Of a DNA stretch of 53,854 nucleotides, positions 17,835 to 27,345 are shown in pieces. The translations under genes and the position numbers were made by a program. The notes under the pieces were generated by a model. It made no database searches. It saw only the letters and a program-made list of their open reading frames with translations, and was not told the origin of the DNA. How positions within the stretch are numbered: position 1 is the first letter of the stretch; the number at the start of each line of letters is the position of its first letter. This DNA comes from Anaerolineales bacterium (lineage in GTDB: Bacteria; Chloroflexota; Anaerolineae; Anaerolineales; UBA4823), in assembly GCA_034436035.1 (NCBI GenBank), contig DAOTVW010000195.1:1-53854 (forward strand), written 5' to 3'.

Positions 17835-19330
17835 TTACCATCAATGAGCATGAAATTGTTTTAGATAAACAGGAAAGGTTGGAGCCGTGGACGAGCTATG
17901 GCAATGTGGTTCGTTACGCCATGGAATTTATCAAACATTGCCCGCAGGATGAACACAATCATCTTCCTTGGTATCTTCAATATTCATGCTTTTGGACGGA
18001 TCCCCTCCGACCAACGATTTGGCCAGATAACCCGGCTGGAAAATTTGCTTGGGCTATGACAACTTTAGCAAAATATTATCCTTACTCGGGTGATCGCGCT
18101 TATGTGGATATTGTTCAACAAATGCTGGATCGCTTATGGGATTACCGCACTCCTGATCATTTTGAATGGAAGGATGTCCCTTATGCCTCAGCTCATCCTG
18201 GAACAGGGGTTTATTTTGGTGCGAGGGCTGATGGTGAATATGCCACTGAATGCGATAAGATTGCCCAAGCGGGGCGGGCTTATGTAGATTTTTACGAACT
18301 CGGTGGTGCGGAACGCTACCTCCGTTACGGAATCACCTGTGCCAACGAACTGGTACGGCACATCCGCCAGGGTAATGAATATCAATCACCATTGCCTTTC
18401 CGAGTAGATGTCCGTAACGGCGACATCATCGAAGAATATACCGCCGATATGATCCAACCCATTCGGTTATTGGATGCCTTGATCCAGTTGGGATATACCA
18501 CTTATCAAACTTATCGCGATCAACTGTGGGATTGGATTGTCGAATACCCTCTAAAAAATAATGTTTGGAAGGGATACTTTGAAGATATCCGCCTGGATGC
18601 GGAGAACGCAAACCGTGATCAACTTTCTGCTCTTGAAACCGCCCGGTATATCATGGAAAATGCCTCTGTTTTCCCTCATTGGCGAGACACTGTCCGTAAC
18701 CTCATTGAATGGGTGAAAGAGACACTTGGCGGGCACCCATTCTTTACGGCTATCCCAATTCACGAGCAAAAATTTTGTTATTACCCAATGGGCAGCCATA
18801 CTGCGCGCTTCGGTAGCATTTGTTGTATGTACGCTGCCTTGAGTGGAGAGGAAGATTATCGCGAAATGGGTATTCGCTCATTAAACTGGGCAACTTATAT
18901 GGCGAATGAAAATGGCATCGTTACCGTAGGGGTAGACCGTCCAGATTATTATAACCAATGCTGGTTTACGGATGGTTATTTCGATTACGTCCCGCATTTC
19001 ATCGACGCCATGGCATTTGTCCCTGAGGTTGCCCCGTTTGATGAGGATCATTTACTTTATTCCACTTCCATTGTCCAATCCATCCATTATCAACCGATGT
19101 CCATCCGATACCGGCTATTTAATCCAAAAAGCGTGCAAAAGTTACGCTTGACTTTTCTGCCAGTTAAAGTGATCGTAGATGGACAAGAAATACCTCAACA
19201 GGAGATCACACCCACGCAAGCTAGCTGGGTGATCGAAAACAACAATTTGCGTGTGATCCAAATTCAACCCTTCGGGAAAGACATCACGATTCTCGGTCGC
19301 CATGAATTATCACACACACAAACGGTTTGA
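17831..19330 (+). CDS. Cytosolic protein of unknown function, 499 aa (possibly an alpha/alpha-barrel glycoside-hydrolase-like fold plus C-terminal beta domain)
   Basis: The ATG at 17831 overlaps the ATPase stop (ATGA). No signal peptide. Trp/Tyr-rich sequence with no motif I can name. Confidence 0.5.
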   Translation: MITINEHEIVLDKQERLEPWTSYGNVVRYAMEFIKHCPQDEHNHLPWYLQYSCFWTDPLRPTIWPDNPAGKFAWAMTTLAKYYPYSGDRAYVDIVQQMLDRLWDYRTPDHFEWKDVPYASAHPGTGVYFGARADGEYATECDKIAQAGRAYVDFYELGGAERYLRYGITCANELVRHIRQGNEYQSPLPFRVDVRNGDIIEEYTADMIQPIRLLDALIQLGYTTYQTYRDQLWDWIVEYPLKNNVWKGYFEDIRLDAENANRDQLSALETARYIMENASVFPHWRDTVRNLIEWVKETLGGHPFFTAIPIHEQKFCYYPMGSHTARFGSICCMYAALSGEEDYREMGIRSLNWATYMANENGIVTVGVDRPDYYNQCWFTDGYFDYVPHFIDAMAFVPEVAPFDEDHLLYSTSIVQSIHYQPMSIRYRLFNPKSVQKLRLTFLPVKVIVDGQEIPQQEITPTQASWVIENNNLRVIQIQPFGKDITILGRHELSHTQTV

Positions 19331-19422
19331 TAAAAAAAAGGAGGTGCACAGAGATATTAACATCATCTTATGGAAAATATAAAAAAACAAATAAAAACTA
19401 TTTTGATTAAGGAGAGTAAGAG

Positions 19423-20592
19423 ATGACCAAAAAAATTGTACTTCTAATGAGCTTTGTGCTCAGCCTAGCAATGGTATTAAGCGCTTGTCAACCCGCTGCA
19501 ACCCCCACTACTGCTCCCGCAACGGAAGCACCGGTTGTCACCGAAGCTCCCGCAGCGACGGAGGCACCGGTAGTGACCGAAGCCCCCACACCTGTGCCAC
19601 CTACTCCAACAGTAGATGTGATGGCGCAGCTCATTGAAGCAGCGAAGAAAGAAGGCACCTTGGTCTCGTATGGTTTACCTGATGATTGGGTGAACTATGG
19701 GCAACTTAAGCAAATGCTCAAAGATAAATATGGAATAATTGACCAAGATACCGACATGTCCTCCGGTGAGATCATCGCTGCCCTGGAAGCAGAGAAGACC
19801 GCTCCTGTCGCCGATATCACCGATTTGGGCTTGAATTATGCCAAGATTGTCGAAGACGAACAACTTTCCCAACCCTATAAAAATTCCCACTGGGATGAAA
19901 TACCGGACTGGGCGAAGGATCCTGATGGACGCTGGTCTGCGGCATACTGGGGCGCGATTGCTTTTACTGTCAACGCCGATATCATCAAAAATGTCCCGCA
20001 AACCTGGGACGATCTTTTGAAGGACGAATTCGTCGGTAAGGTTTGCATGAAAGACCCACGTTCCTCGGCGACAGCCAATATGGTGGTGCTTGCTGCTGCC
20101 ATCGCCAAAGGCGGCGATGAGAAGAATGTCCAACCCGGTTTGGATTTCTTCAAGCAAATGATTGATAAGGGTATATTGAATGGGGTTAAACCATCGGTTG
20201 CGAATATCCAAAAAGGAGAATGCCCGGTTTCATTATTCTGGGACTTCGATGGATTGAGCGCGAAAAAAGAAAATCCCAACATGAATATCCAGGTGATCAT
20301 CCCTAAAGATGGCACTGTGGCGGGTGTTTATATTCAATTCATTACTGCCGGCGCTCCTCATCCCAATGCAGCTAAATTAATGATTGAGCTGGAATATTCC
20401 GATGAGGGACAATTGGCTTATGCTAATGGGTTTGTCCATCCCATTCGGACGAGTGTCACACTGCCGGCGGATCTATTGGCGCAATTTCCCCCCGAAGCAG
20501 ATTACTCAGTGGTGAAGTTCCCCAAAGATTACAAGGCTTTGGATGCGGCCGGAACCGCTATTTCGGACGGTTGGGCTTTGATTCAAAAGTAG
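19423..20592 (+). CDS. ABC importer substrate-binding lipoprotein (PotD/AfuA-like family)
   Basis: Signal peptide with lipobox LSAC, a TEAP-repeat linker, then a periplasmic-binding-protein fold sequence. SD AAGGAG upstream. Confidence 0.85.
   Translation: MTKKIVLLMSFVLSLAMVLSACQPAATPTTAPATEAPVVTEAPAATEAPVVTEAPTPVPPTPTVDVMAQLIEAAKKEGTLVSYGLPDDWVNYGQLKQMLKDKYGIIDQDTDMSSGEIIAALEAEKTAPVADITDLGLNYAKIVEDEQLSQPYKNSHWDEIPDWAKDPDGRWSAAYWGAIAFTVNADIIKNVPQTWDDLLKDEFVGKVCMKDPRSSATANMVVLAAAIAKGGDEKNVQPGLDFFKQMIDKGILNGVKPSVANIQKGECPVSLFWDFDGLSAKKENPNMNIQVIIPKDGTVAGVYIQFITAGAPHPNAAKLMIELEYSDEGQLAYANGFVHPIRTSVTLPADLLAQFPPEADYSVVKFPKDYKALDAAGTAISDGWALIQK
19522..19593 (+). repeat. In-frame 36-bp x2 tandem repeat encoding the (TEAPVVTEAPxx)2 linker
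   Basis: Direct reading gives TEAPVVTEAPAA TEAPVVTEAPTP. Confidence 0.8.
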
Positions 20593-20605
20593 ATTAAAAC
20601 AGACT

Positions 20606-20634
20606 TTGGAGATGGGGTAGCCCCCCATCTCCAA
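20606..20634 (+). promoter_or_regulatory. Intercistronic stem-loop after the SBP gene (12-bp stem, no T tract)
   Basis: TTGGAGATGGGG (20606-20617) pairs with CCCCATCTCCAA (20623-20634). Confidence 0.5.
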
Positions 20635-20675
20635 TCGATGTGGTTAGATAAAAATGGTAAATTGAAGGAGTTGTT

Positions 20676-21494
20676 ATGCCAACTACAGGTGAAAGTATAC
20701 GCGCAGCACGTTTATTTTCGGAAAACAAAAATGCCGTTGTCATTGCGGTAGATCATGGTTTATATTTTGGACCATTAGCAGGGATGATTAACCTCCCGGC
20801 AGTAATAGACAACCTTGCCGAAGCCGATGCAATCTTGATGAGCCCTAATATGCCGAGCTATTGTTCTTCAGTCTTTTCTAAAAGGGGCGCACCCGCATTG
20901 CTCATTCGCCTTAATTGGGCGTCAAACTACGTCAACGAATGGAATTATAAACACTCATACAGCGTAAAAATGATCTCTGTTGCCGAGGCGGTCGCCCAGG
21001 GGGCTGATCTGGTCATGTGCAGCTTAACCCTTAAAAATCCAGAAGAGGCAGAAGACGCCGGTAATGTGGCTGTATTTTCCCAAGCCGTTTCCGAAAAACG
21101 CAGCTTAGGCATTCCGATGGTGGGTGAATTCTATCCGACCGGGGGGGATGATCGCCAGCCTGAGGATATGCAGGAAGAAATCTTTATCGGTTGCCGCATC
21201 ATGGCTGAATTAGGTGCTGATATGGTAAAGACATTCTACACCGGCAAACGCTTTTCGGAAATCACCGCAGCAACACCAGTGCCAGTGCTGGCTTTAGGCG
21301 CTAAAAAATTACCAAAAGAAAGCGATGCATTAAAGTTAGCAGCCGATGCTGTTCAGGCTGGGGCACGCGGGATTGTCTTTGGGCGGAATGTCTTGCAAGC
21401 AAAAGAGCCCAAACGATTGCTTGAAGCGCTTAAAGAAGTAGTTAAAGAGTTCAAAGCACCCGATAGTGTTGCACGAACTTTTCATTTAGATTAA
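20676..21494 (+). CDS. Class I aldolase of the DhnA/FbaB/LsrF (DeoC-like) family
   Basis: 272 aa. AVDHGLYFGP near the N-terminus and the DMVKTFYTG Schiff-base lysine context. SD GAAGGAG upstream. Confidence 0.75.
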   Translation: MPTTGESIRAARLFSENKNAVVIAVDHGLYFGPLAGMINLPAVIDNLAEADAILMSPNMPSYCSSVFSKRGAPALLIRLNWASNYVNEWNYKHSYSVKMISVAEAVAQGADLVMCSLTLKNPEEAEDAGNVAVFSQAVSEKRSLGIPMVGEFYPTGGDDRQPEDMQEEIFIGCRIMAELGADMVKTFYTGKRFSEITAATPVPVLALGAKKLPKESDALKLAADAVQAGARGIVFGRNVLQAKEPKRLLEALKEVVKEFKAPDSVARTFHLD

Positions 21495-21503
21495 TGTAAG
21501 CTT

Positions 21504-23024
21504 ATGGAACTATTACTGGGAATTGATGCTGGTACAACTTCTGTTAAAGCGGGTTTATTTACCTCTGATGGTAAGTGTTTGGCAGTCGCCCGCTATGAAT
21601 ATCAGCTGGATACACCTCAGCCAGACCGGGCAGAGTTGAACCCGGAAATCTATTGGCAAGCATGTTGTGCGGCAGTTAACCAAGCTATCCAAAGCGCAGC
21701 AATCCAACCGCACCAAATCATTGCCTTATCCGTATCCAGCCAGGGAGAAACGATCATCACTTTAGATAAGTTTGGCAAACCAATCTACCCCGCCCTCATT
21801 TGGTTGGATAATCGAGCCGTTAAAGAAGCGGAAAAGCTGGCGGGAATATTTGCAGACGATGTTTATCTTACCAGCGGCATTCCGGAGGTTATTCCAACCT
21901 GGAGCGCCTGTAAAATTTTGTGGATAAAAGAAAATGAACCCCGAGTTTTCTCCCAAGCAGCAAAATATTTACTCGTTCAGGATTATCTAATCTATCGTTT
22001 AACCGGTCAATTTGTCACCAATGCTTCTGTGGCATGCACCTCAATGCTCTATGATATTGTTCATGACAAGTGGTGGCAGCCGGTTCTCGCTGAAATTGGG
22101 ATAAGCGAAGAACAGCTTCCTCAAATCATACCTTCTGGAGCGTTAGTTGGGGAAGTCTCCAAAGAAGCTGCTCAACAGTTAAATCTCTCGCTGAGTACAA
22201 AAGTAATCGCCGGGGGAATGGACCAATGTGTTGGTGCGATCGGCGCCGGGAATATTCAACCAGGCACGATATCCGAAACTACCGGTGCGGCATTGGTCAT
22301 CCAGGCGACGATCCCTGCACCAGATTTAGATAAAAGCAGGGTTATCCCGGTTTATTCTCACAGCATTCCGAAACGCTATCTCTTTGCGCCGGTTTGCCCA
22401 ACGGCTGGTATGGCATATAAATGGTTTCGCGATACATTTGGACAATCGGAGATAACCCTTGCACAAGCGCAACAGGAAGACCCCTTTGAATTATTGAATC
22501 AATTGGCACAAGAAGCCCCTGCCGGTTGTGATGGATTGGTTATGCTGCCGCATCTCATGGGTGCTTTTAGCCCGATACCTAATCCGGCTGCGAGAGGCAC
22601 TTTTTTCGGCTTTACCTTACACCACCAACGCTCCCACTTTGCGCGAGCGGTATTGGAAGGAGTTGCTTTTCTACTCAAGCAAAATTTGGAGCGCATCGAG
22701 CAGAGTGGTATCGTTATCAGCGAAATTCGTTCTACAGGTGGAGGAGCTCGTAGCGCACTCTGGAATCAAATCAAAGCCAATGTCTGCGGGTTGCCGATCA
22801 TCACCCTGGAAAATGAGGAAACAGCTCTCCTTGGGAATGCAATCTTGGCAGGAATCGCAAGCAATGTTTTTCCTTCCGTCCAGGATGGTGTTGACGCGAT
22901 GGTTAAAACCAAAGCCAAAATCCAGCCAAATCAAGACCAGGAAAAGTATATCCAACCTTATCAGATCTATCGTGACGTGGATGAAACATTGCGTCCGGTT
23001 TTTATCCGTAGTTACAAAAGTTAA
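21504..23024 (+). CDS. FGGY-family carbohydrate kinase (xylulokinase-like)
   Basis: 506 aa. N-terminal GIDAGTTSVKAGLF and C-terminal STGGGARSALWNQIKANVCGLPI signatures. Confidence 0.9.
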   Translation: MELLLGIDAGTTSVKAGLFTSDGKCLAVARYEYQLDTPQPDRAELNPEIYWQACCAAVNQAIQSAAIQPHQIIALSVSSQGETIITLDKFGKPIYPALIWLDNRAVKEAEKLAGIFADDVYLTSGIPEVIPTWSACKILWIKENEPRVFSQAAKYLLVQDYLIYRLTGQFVTNASVACTSMLYDIVHDKWWQPVLAEIGISEEQLPQIIPSGALVGEVSKEAAQQLNLSLSTKVIAGGMDQCVGAIGAGNIQPGTISETTGAALVIQATIPAPDLDKSRVIPVYSHSIPKRYLFAPVCPTAGMAYKWFRDTFGQSEITLAQAQQEDPFELLNQLAQEAPAGCDGLVMLPHLMGAFSPIPNPAARGTFFGFTLHHQRSHFARAVLEGVAFLLKQNLERIEQSGIVISEIRSTGGGARSALWNQIKANVCGLPIITLENEETALLGNAILAGIASNVFPSVQDGVDAMVKTKAKIQPNQDQEKYIQPYQIYRDVDETLRPVFIRSYKS

Positions 23025-23049
23025 ATCAATCAAAGAAAGGAGCAATTCT

Positions 23050-24438
23050 ATGTCTACAAAACCTAAAGTCGGCGTGTTAGTGATGGCACTTTTGGAGGAT
23101 GATTACAATAAGACTGCGCACATTCGCCCGGTAGCTCAGCAAGCGGTTAACCGCATCAATGGGATTATCAGTGAGTATGCAGAAACAGTTTGTCCACCGT
23201 TAGTGGAAGAAGAGCATCAAGCCGAGGCAGCAGCGCAAATGTTTAATGCCGCTGGCGTTGATTTAATCATTGCGGTTGAACTTGCCTATACCAAGGGCAT
23301 TGTCCCGGTACGTTGTTTCCTCAACACCACTGCACCGGTATTAGTCTGGAATACCCAACAAATCGAATTCTTGCCAGAAGATGCTGACTTTGATTTAATC
23401 ATGGTTAATTCCGGAATGGCGGGAGTACCAGAAATGACATCCGCTTTATTGCGACTTGGACGGCCCTTCTGGATCGTCACCTCGCAAATCGATGACCCCG
23501 CTGGTAGAGAAAAACTGAAAGAATATATCAAAGCTGCTGGCGTTGCGCGACGGTTGAAGTCAGCTCGCATTGGCATTGTTGGGCATGCATTTGAGGGAAT
23601 GACGGACTTGATGGTGGATTTACTGAGTTTACGTCAGCATGTTGGACCTGTCTGCTGGCCAGTTGAACCAGAAAAATTCGCAGTGGCAATGCAGGCTTTG
23701 CCCGAAGATGAAGTGCAAAACTTGATTAAAAGTGAATCCGCTCGCTACAAAGTGGAAATGGATGCGAAATTATTTGATCGCTCTTGCCGATTGGCATTGG
23801 CGTTGGAAAAAGTTGCCAAGCAATATCAATTTGATGCCTTAGCGACCTTTGATCAGGTTTGGTTAACAGACCCACGCGTTGGAATTATCCCCTCTTATGG
23901 GACGGGGCGTTTGTGCGAAATCGGAATCCCATGTTCTACAGAGGCGGATGTCTCGACGTTAGTGGCGATGCTCATTTTACAAGAAATTGCTGGCAAGGCG
24001 ACTTTCTTAGAGAATTATGTGATTGATTTCAAACGTCAGTCCATAATCTTATCTCATGATGGGCATGGCAACCCAGCCTTGGCAGCTAGTCCAGCGGATG
24101 TAAAGGTGAAGCATAGCATCTATTACCAAGGCGTACATGGATTTGGTGCCTCATTTGAGTTTGCTTATGCCCCAGGCCCGGTCACAATGCTTTCACTTGT
24201 CCCAGTAAATCAACGCTGGCGCTTGATTCTCTCTGAAGGGGAATCCTTGCCCATTACACCAAGGCCAATCTCAGCGCCGCAGATGCTGTTTAAACCAAAA
24301 TCCCTGCCTATCGCCGATTGGTGCGACGCATGGTGCAAGGCTGGTTCACCCCATCATCAGGCTTTGGCTTATGGTCATCTTGCTTCACAAATCAAGACAT
24401 TTGCTGCTCTGCAGAATTTAGATGTTTTTGAAGTATGA
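23050..24438 (+). CDS. L-fucose/L-arabinose isomerase superfamily protein (short form)
   Basis: 462 aa from ATG 23050 (SD AAAGGAG upstream). N-terminal KVGVLVMALLEDDY and a Fucose_iso_C-like C-terminal region. The longer ORF-track start overlaps the kinase gene. Confidence 0.7.
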   Translation: MSTKPKVGVLVMALLEDDYNKTAHIRPVAQQAVNRINGIISEYAETVCPPLVEEEHQAEAAAQMFNAAGVDLIIAVELAYTKGIVPVRCFLNTTAPVLVWNTQQIEFLPEDADFDLIMVNSGMAGVPEMTSALLRLGRPFWIVTSQIDDPAGREKLKEYIKAAGVARRLKSARIGIVGHAFEGMTDLMVDLLSLRQHVGPVCWPVEPEKFAVAMQALPEDEVQNLIKSESARYKVEMDAKLFDRSCRLALALEKVAKQYQFDALATFDQVWLTDPRVGIIPSYGTGRLCEIGIPCSTEADVSTLVAMLILQEIAGKATFLENYVIDFKRQSIILSHDGHGNPALAASPADVKVKHSIYYQGVHGFGASFEFAYAPGPVTMLSLVPVNQRWRLILSEGESLPITPRPISAPQMLFKPKSLPIADWCDAWCKAGSPHHQALAYGHLASQIKTFAALQNLDVFEV

Positions 24439-24472
24439 AAGGGTTGAAAATGGGCAAGCAGGATTGGAGGAA

Positions 24473-25267
24473 ATGGTTGTGAATGAAATTAGCGCCGCCG
24501 AGCGTCGTTCACAAATAGCACAGCTAGTACTAGAACAAGGCAAGGTCACTGTAGCGGAATTGGTTAAGAAGTTTCAGATCACGGAAACATCTATCCGCCG
24601 CGACTTGCTGTTGCTAGAAGAAGATAAACGTCTAAAGCGCGTTCATGGCGGCGCTGTTTCGATCTCAGACAATTTCCGTTCCGAAACCTTTTCTGAAAAA
24701 GGGAAGCTCCATATCCAAGCGAAGGAAAAAATCGGAAAATATGCCGTTGAATTAATCCAACAAGGAAATATCGTTTTACTCGATTCTGGGACAACCACAT
24801 TACAGATCGCGCGCCAGATGCCAGCCAACTTGCGTCAGAACAACCATATTACCCTCGTAACGAATTCGCTGCCCATTGCACAAGAAGTCTTAAATTGGCC
24901 TTCCCCCAATTTGACGATCTTGGGGGGTATTTTCCTTCCCGATTATCAGGCTACTGTGGGTCCTCAAACTATTGCGCTGCTACGTGATCTATCTGCGGAT
25001 ATTGCTTTTCTTGGCGCCGATGGATTAACTTTAACTGGTGGTGCTACCACAGCGAATGTATTGATGGCAGAAGTGGATCGGATGATGGTAGAACGAGCTC
25101 GGAAAGCAGTATTAGTCACAGATAGTTCCAAGATTGGACGGGCAGGGTTTGTAACCATCAAACCGGTAAGCGCCTTTGATCTCATCATCACCGATGACAA
25201 AGCACCAGCAGAATTTGTCCAAACAGCTACAAATATGGGAATTAAAGTTATTTTAGTACCTGATTAA
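24473..25267 (+). CDS. DeoR-family transcriptional regulator
   Basis: HTH VTVAELVKKFQITETSIRRDLLLLEE and a DeoR C-terminal sugar-phosphate sensor domain. SD GGAGGAA upstream of ATG 24473. Confidence 0.9.
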   Translation: MVVNEISAAERRSQIAQLVLEQGKVTVAELVKKFQITETSIRRDLLLLEEDKRLKRVHGGAVSISDNFRSETFSEKGKLHIQAKEKIGKYAVELIQQGNIVLLDSGTTTLQIARQMPANLRQNNHITLVTNSLPIAQEVLNWPSPNLTILGGIFLPDYQATVGPQTIALLRDLSADIAFLGADGLTLTGGATTANVLMAEVDRMMVERARKAVLVTDSSKIGRAGFVTIKPVSAFDLIITDDKAPAEFVQTATNMGIKVILVPD

Positions 25268-25303
25268 ATAATATAAATAGACAGGAATGGATCAAAACGA
25301 AGC

Positions 25304-26020
25304 ATGTATAAAGGAATGAGTATTAGACCACCTTTTTTCGAATTGGGACCGAAAGCGTATCTGTACGGTCGGCAATTATTGGAATTAGCACTTTTTGCCG
25401 ATGAGCTGTGTGAAAAATATGATGTACGCATTATTTTCACCCCGCAATGCGTGGATATCCCTCTGTTAGTGAAGGAAACAAAACACATTCTGGTATTCGC
25501 TCAACACATGGATCCATTACCTATTGGGCGTGGAATTGGTTCCGTTTTGCCGGAAGCCATAAAAGAAGCAGGAGCAGTTGGCACATTACTCAATCATGTG
25601 GAAAAGAAATTGACCATGGCAGAGATTGAACGAACGATTCAACGTGCGGATGAAGTAGGTTTGATGACCATGGTATGTGCGGATACCGCCGAGGAAGCGG
25701 TAGAGATTGCCAAAATGAGTCCCAATATCCTGCTGGTTGAATCTCCAAGTATGATCGAGGCCGGGAAACGGGAGATAGCGGATCCCCAGGAAATCGAAAA
25801 TATTAATCGTCTTATTTGGCAAGTTAATCCCGAAATCCTCGTCTTACATGGCGGAGGCATCAGTAGTGGAGAAGATGTGTACAATATCATTAAATGTGGT
25901 GCGCAAGCGACCGGTTCAACCAGTGGGGTTATTCTTGCAGCAAATCCAAAGGCAAAACTAGAAGAAATGATCCAAGCCATGCGAAAAGCATGGGATGAAA
26001 TTCACCCGCGAGGAGCATAA
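25304..26020 (+). CDS. Triose-phosphate isomerase family protein, archaeal-type short form
   Basis: 238 aa. LLNHVEKK (NH-x-E), LLVESPSMI (catalytic Glu context) and VLHGGGISSGEDV (phosphate loop) resemble archaeal TIMs rather than the bacterial AYEPVWAIGTG type. An alternative start lies at 25316. Confidence 0.65.
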   Translation: MYKGMSIRPPFFELGPKAYLYGRQLLELALFADELCEKYDVRIIFTPQCVDIPLLVKETKHILVFAQHMDPLPIGRGIGSVLPEAIKEAGAVGTLLNHVEKKLTMAEIERTIQRADEVGLMTMVCADTAEEAVEIAKMSPNILLVESPSMIEAGKREIADPQEIENINRLIWQVNPEILVLHGGGISSGEDVYNIIKCGAQATGSTSGVILAANPKAKLEEMIQAMRKAWDEIHPRGA

Positions 26021-26022
26021 CT

Positions 26023-26517
26023 ATGACGGTTTATCATCACACTTGTAAAATCCAATCTGATCGGCTGCCCACTTTTCACGATGTCACCGATGAAGCCATT
26101 CAGGCAGTTCAAGCTTCGGGAGTGAAAAATGGGATCTTAGTCGTATATTCGCAACACACTACGTGTAGTGTCTTAATCCAGGAAGATGCCGATGATGTTA
26201 ATTATTGGGGAACGAAACTGCTTTTGCAAGATTTAGTCAATGCATTAGAGAAAATTATCCCCACTTGTCGTACCGAAGGGCAATATCTCCATCCAGGACC
26301 AAAGCATATTGAAATGGCGACTCACCGGAACGAATTACCATCCTGGAGCCTAAACACAGATGCCCACCTCCGTTCCGTCTTGTTAGGACGCTCTGAATCG
26401 ATTCCAATTGTGGATGGCAAGTTAGAGCTTGGTGAATTCGGGCGGATTTATTTTGCCGATTTCGATCAGGTGCGCGCCCGTGAGAGAACGGTACGATTTC
26501 AAGTTGTTGGAGAATAA
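26023..26517 (+). CDS. YjbQ/UPF0047 family protein (secondary thiamine-phosphate synthase enzyme family)
   Basis: 164 aa, VVYSQHTTCSVLIQE core. SD GAGGAG upstream. Confidence 0.75.
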   Translation: MTVYHHTCKIQSDRLPTFHDVTDEAIQAVQASGVKNGILVVYSQHTTCSVLIQEDADDVNYWGTKLLLQDLVNALEKIIPTCRTEGQYLHPGPKHIEMATHRNELPSWSLNTDAHLRSVLLGRSESIPIVDGKLELGEFGRIYFADFDQVRARERTVRFQVVGE

Positions 26518-26545
26518 TGAAGAAATATCAGTTGGTAAATGTAAA

Positions 26546-27310
26546 ATGAAAAATAAAATTGAGATTGCAGTCATTGGTTCTGGGACGGCGATACCAACAA
26601 AGAATCACTCACCTGCTTCTATCTTCATGAGTGCTGATGGGTTCAATGCTCTTTTAGATATCGGACCTGGTTCTATATCTAAATTACCATATTATGACAT
26701 AAATGTATTTACTATTGAAAATATTTTTATCACCCATTTCCATCCTGACCATATCCTTGACTTAGCAACATTCTTTTTGATTTGTGATTTTGGGGCCAAA
26801 GAGCGAAATGGCTTGAATCTCAATTTGGTTGGTCCAATTGGTATGAAAAATTTTGTAACCAACTTAATGCAGCTATTTCCAGATATTCAATTTCCCTCAA
26901 ATCCGATTAATTACATAGAAATGGATCAAAGTGAGATAAATATTAATCAATGCCGGGTTCAATCTATTTTATCCGGTCACACTAAAAATAGTATATCCTA
27001 TCGTTTTGAATTCAATCAAACAACTATTATCTATACTGGAGATTGTATTTATAGCAAAGGATTAGAAGATTTTTCTTATAACTCAGATCTATTGATATGT
27101 GAATGTTCATTTCCTGAGGGTTGGGAAACAAAAGATCATATGACATCACGGGAAGTGGGTTCTTTAGCTCAAAAAGCTCACGTGAAAAAATTAATTGTGA
27201 CGCATTTATACCCTCCAGCATTTGAAGTTGATATTAATTCTCAAATTGCTAAATATTATTCCGGAGAAATCCTTATAGCAACGGATGGAGATCGTATTAC
27301 TATCCAATAA
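26546..27310 (+). CDS. MBL-fold metallo-hydrolase (RNase Z/PhnP-like phosphodiesterase type)
   Basis: 254 aa, HFHPDH motif. First gene of the AT-rich block. Confidence 0.75.
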   Translation: MKNKIEIAVIGSGTAIPTKNHSPASIFMSADGFNALLDIGPGSISKLPYYDINVFTIENIFITHFHPDHILDLATFFLICDFGAKERNGLNLNLVGPIGMKNFVTNLMQLFPDIQFPSNPINYIEMDQSEININQCRVQSILSGHTKNSISYRFEFNQTTIIYTGDCIYSKGLEDFSYNSDLLICECSFPEGWETKDHMTSREVGSLAQKAHVKKLIVTHLYPPAFEVDINSQIAKYYSGEILIATDGDRITIQ

Positions 27311-27345
27311 AGTTGATAAGTTTACGAATTATGGGCATGATAAAT

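Noticed and set aside
19370-19426. 18-codon upstream ORF (MENIKKQIKTILIKESKR) whose TGA overlaps the SBP ATG
   Set aside because: No SD lies at functional spacing, since the strong AAGGAGG at 19338-19344 is about 25 nt away. The Lys/Ile-rich composition is what an AT-rich spacer produces by chance. I cannot support it without ribosome profiling.
22528-23049. Long N-terminal extension of the isomerase ORF (the ORF track starts at 22528)
   Set aside because: The extension overlaps the 3' third of the FGGY kinase gene in another frame and has no family features. ATG 23050 has a good SD (AAAGGAG) and starts a typical N-terminus.
15044-25267. Autoinducer-2 (lsr) locus, because of the FGGY kinase, LsrF-like aldolase, ABC importer and repressor
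   Set aside because: The importer is Pot/Afu-type, not ribose/Lsr (CUT2) type. There is no LsrG-like gene. The regulator is DeoR-type rather than SorC-type LsrR. A large sugar isomerase is also present.
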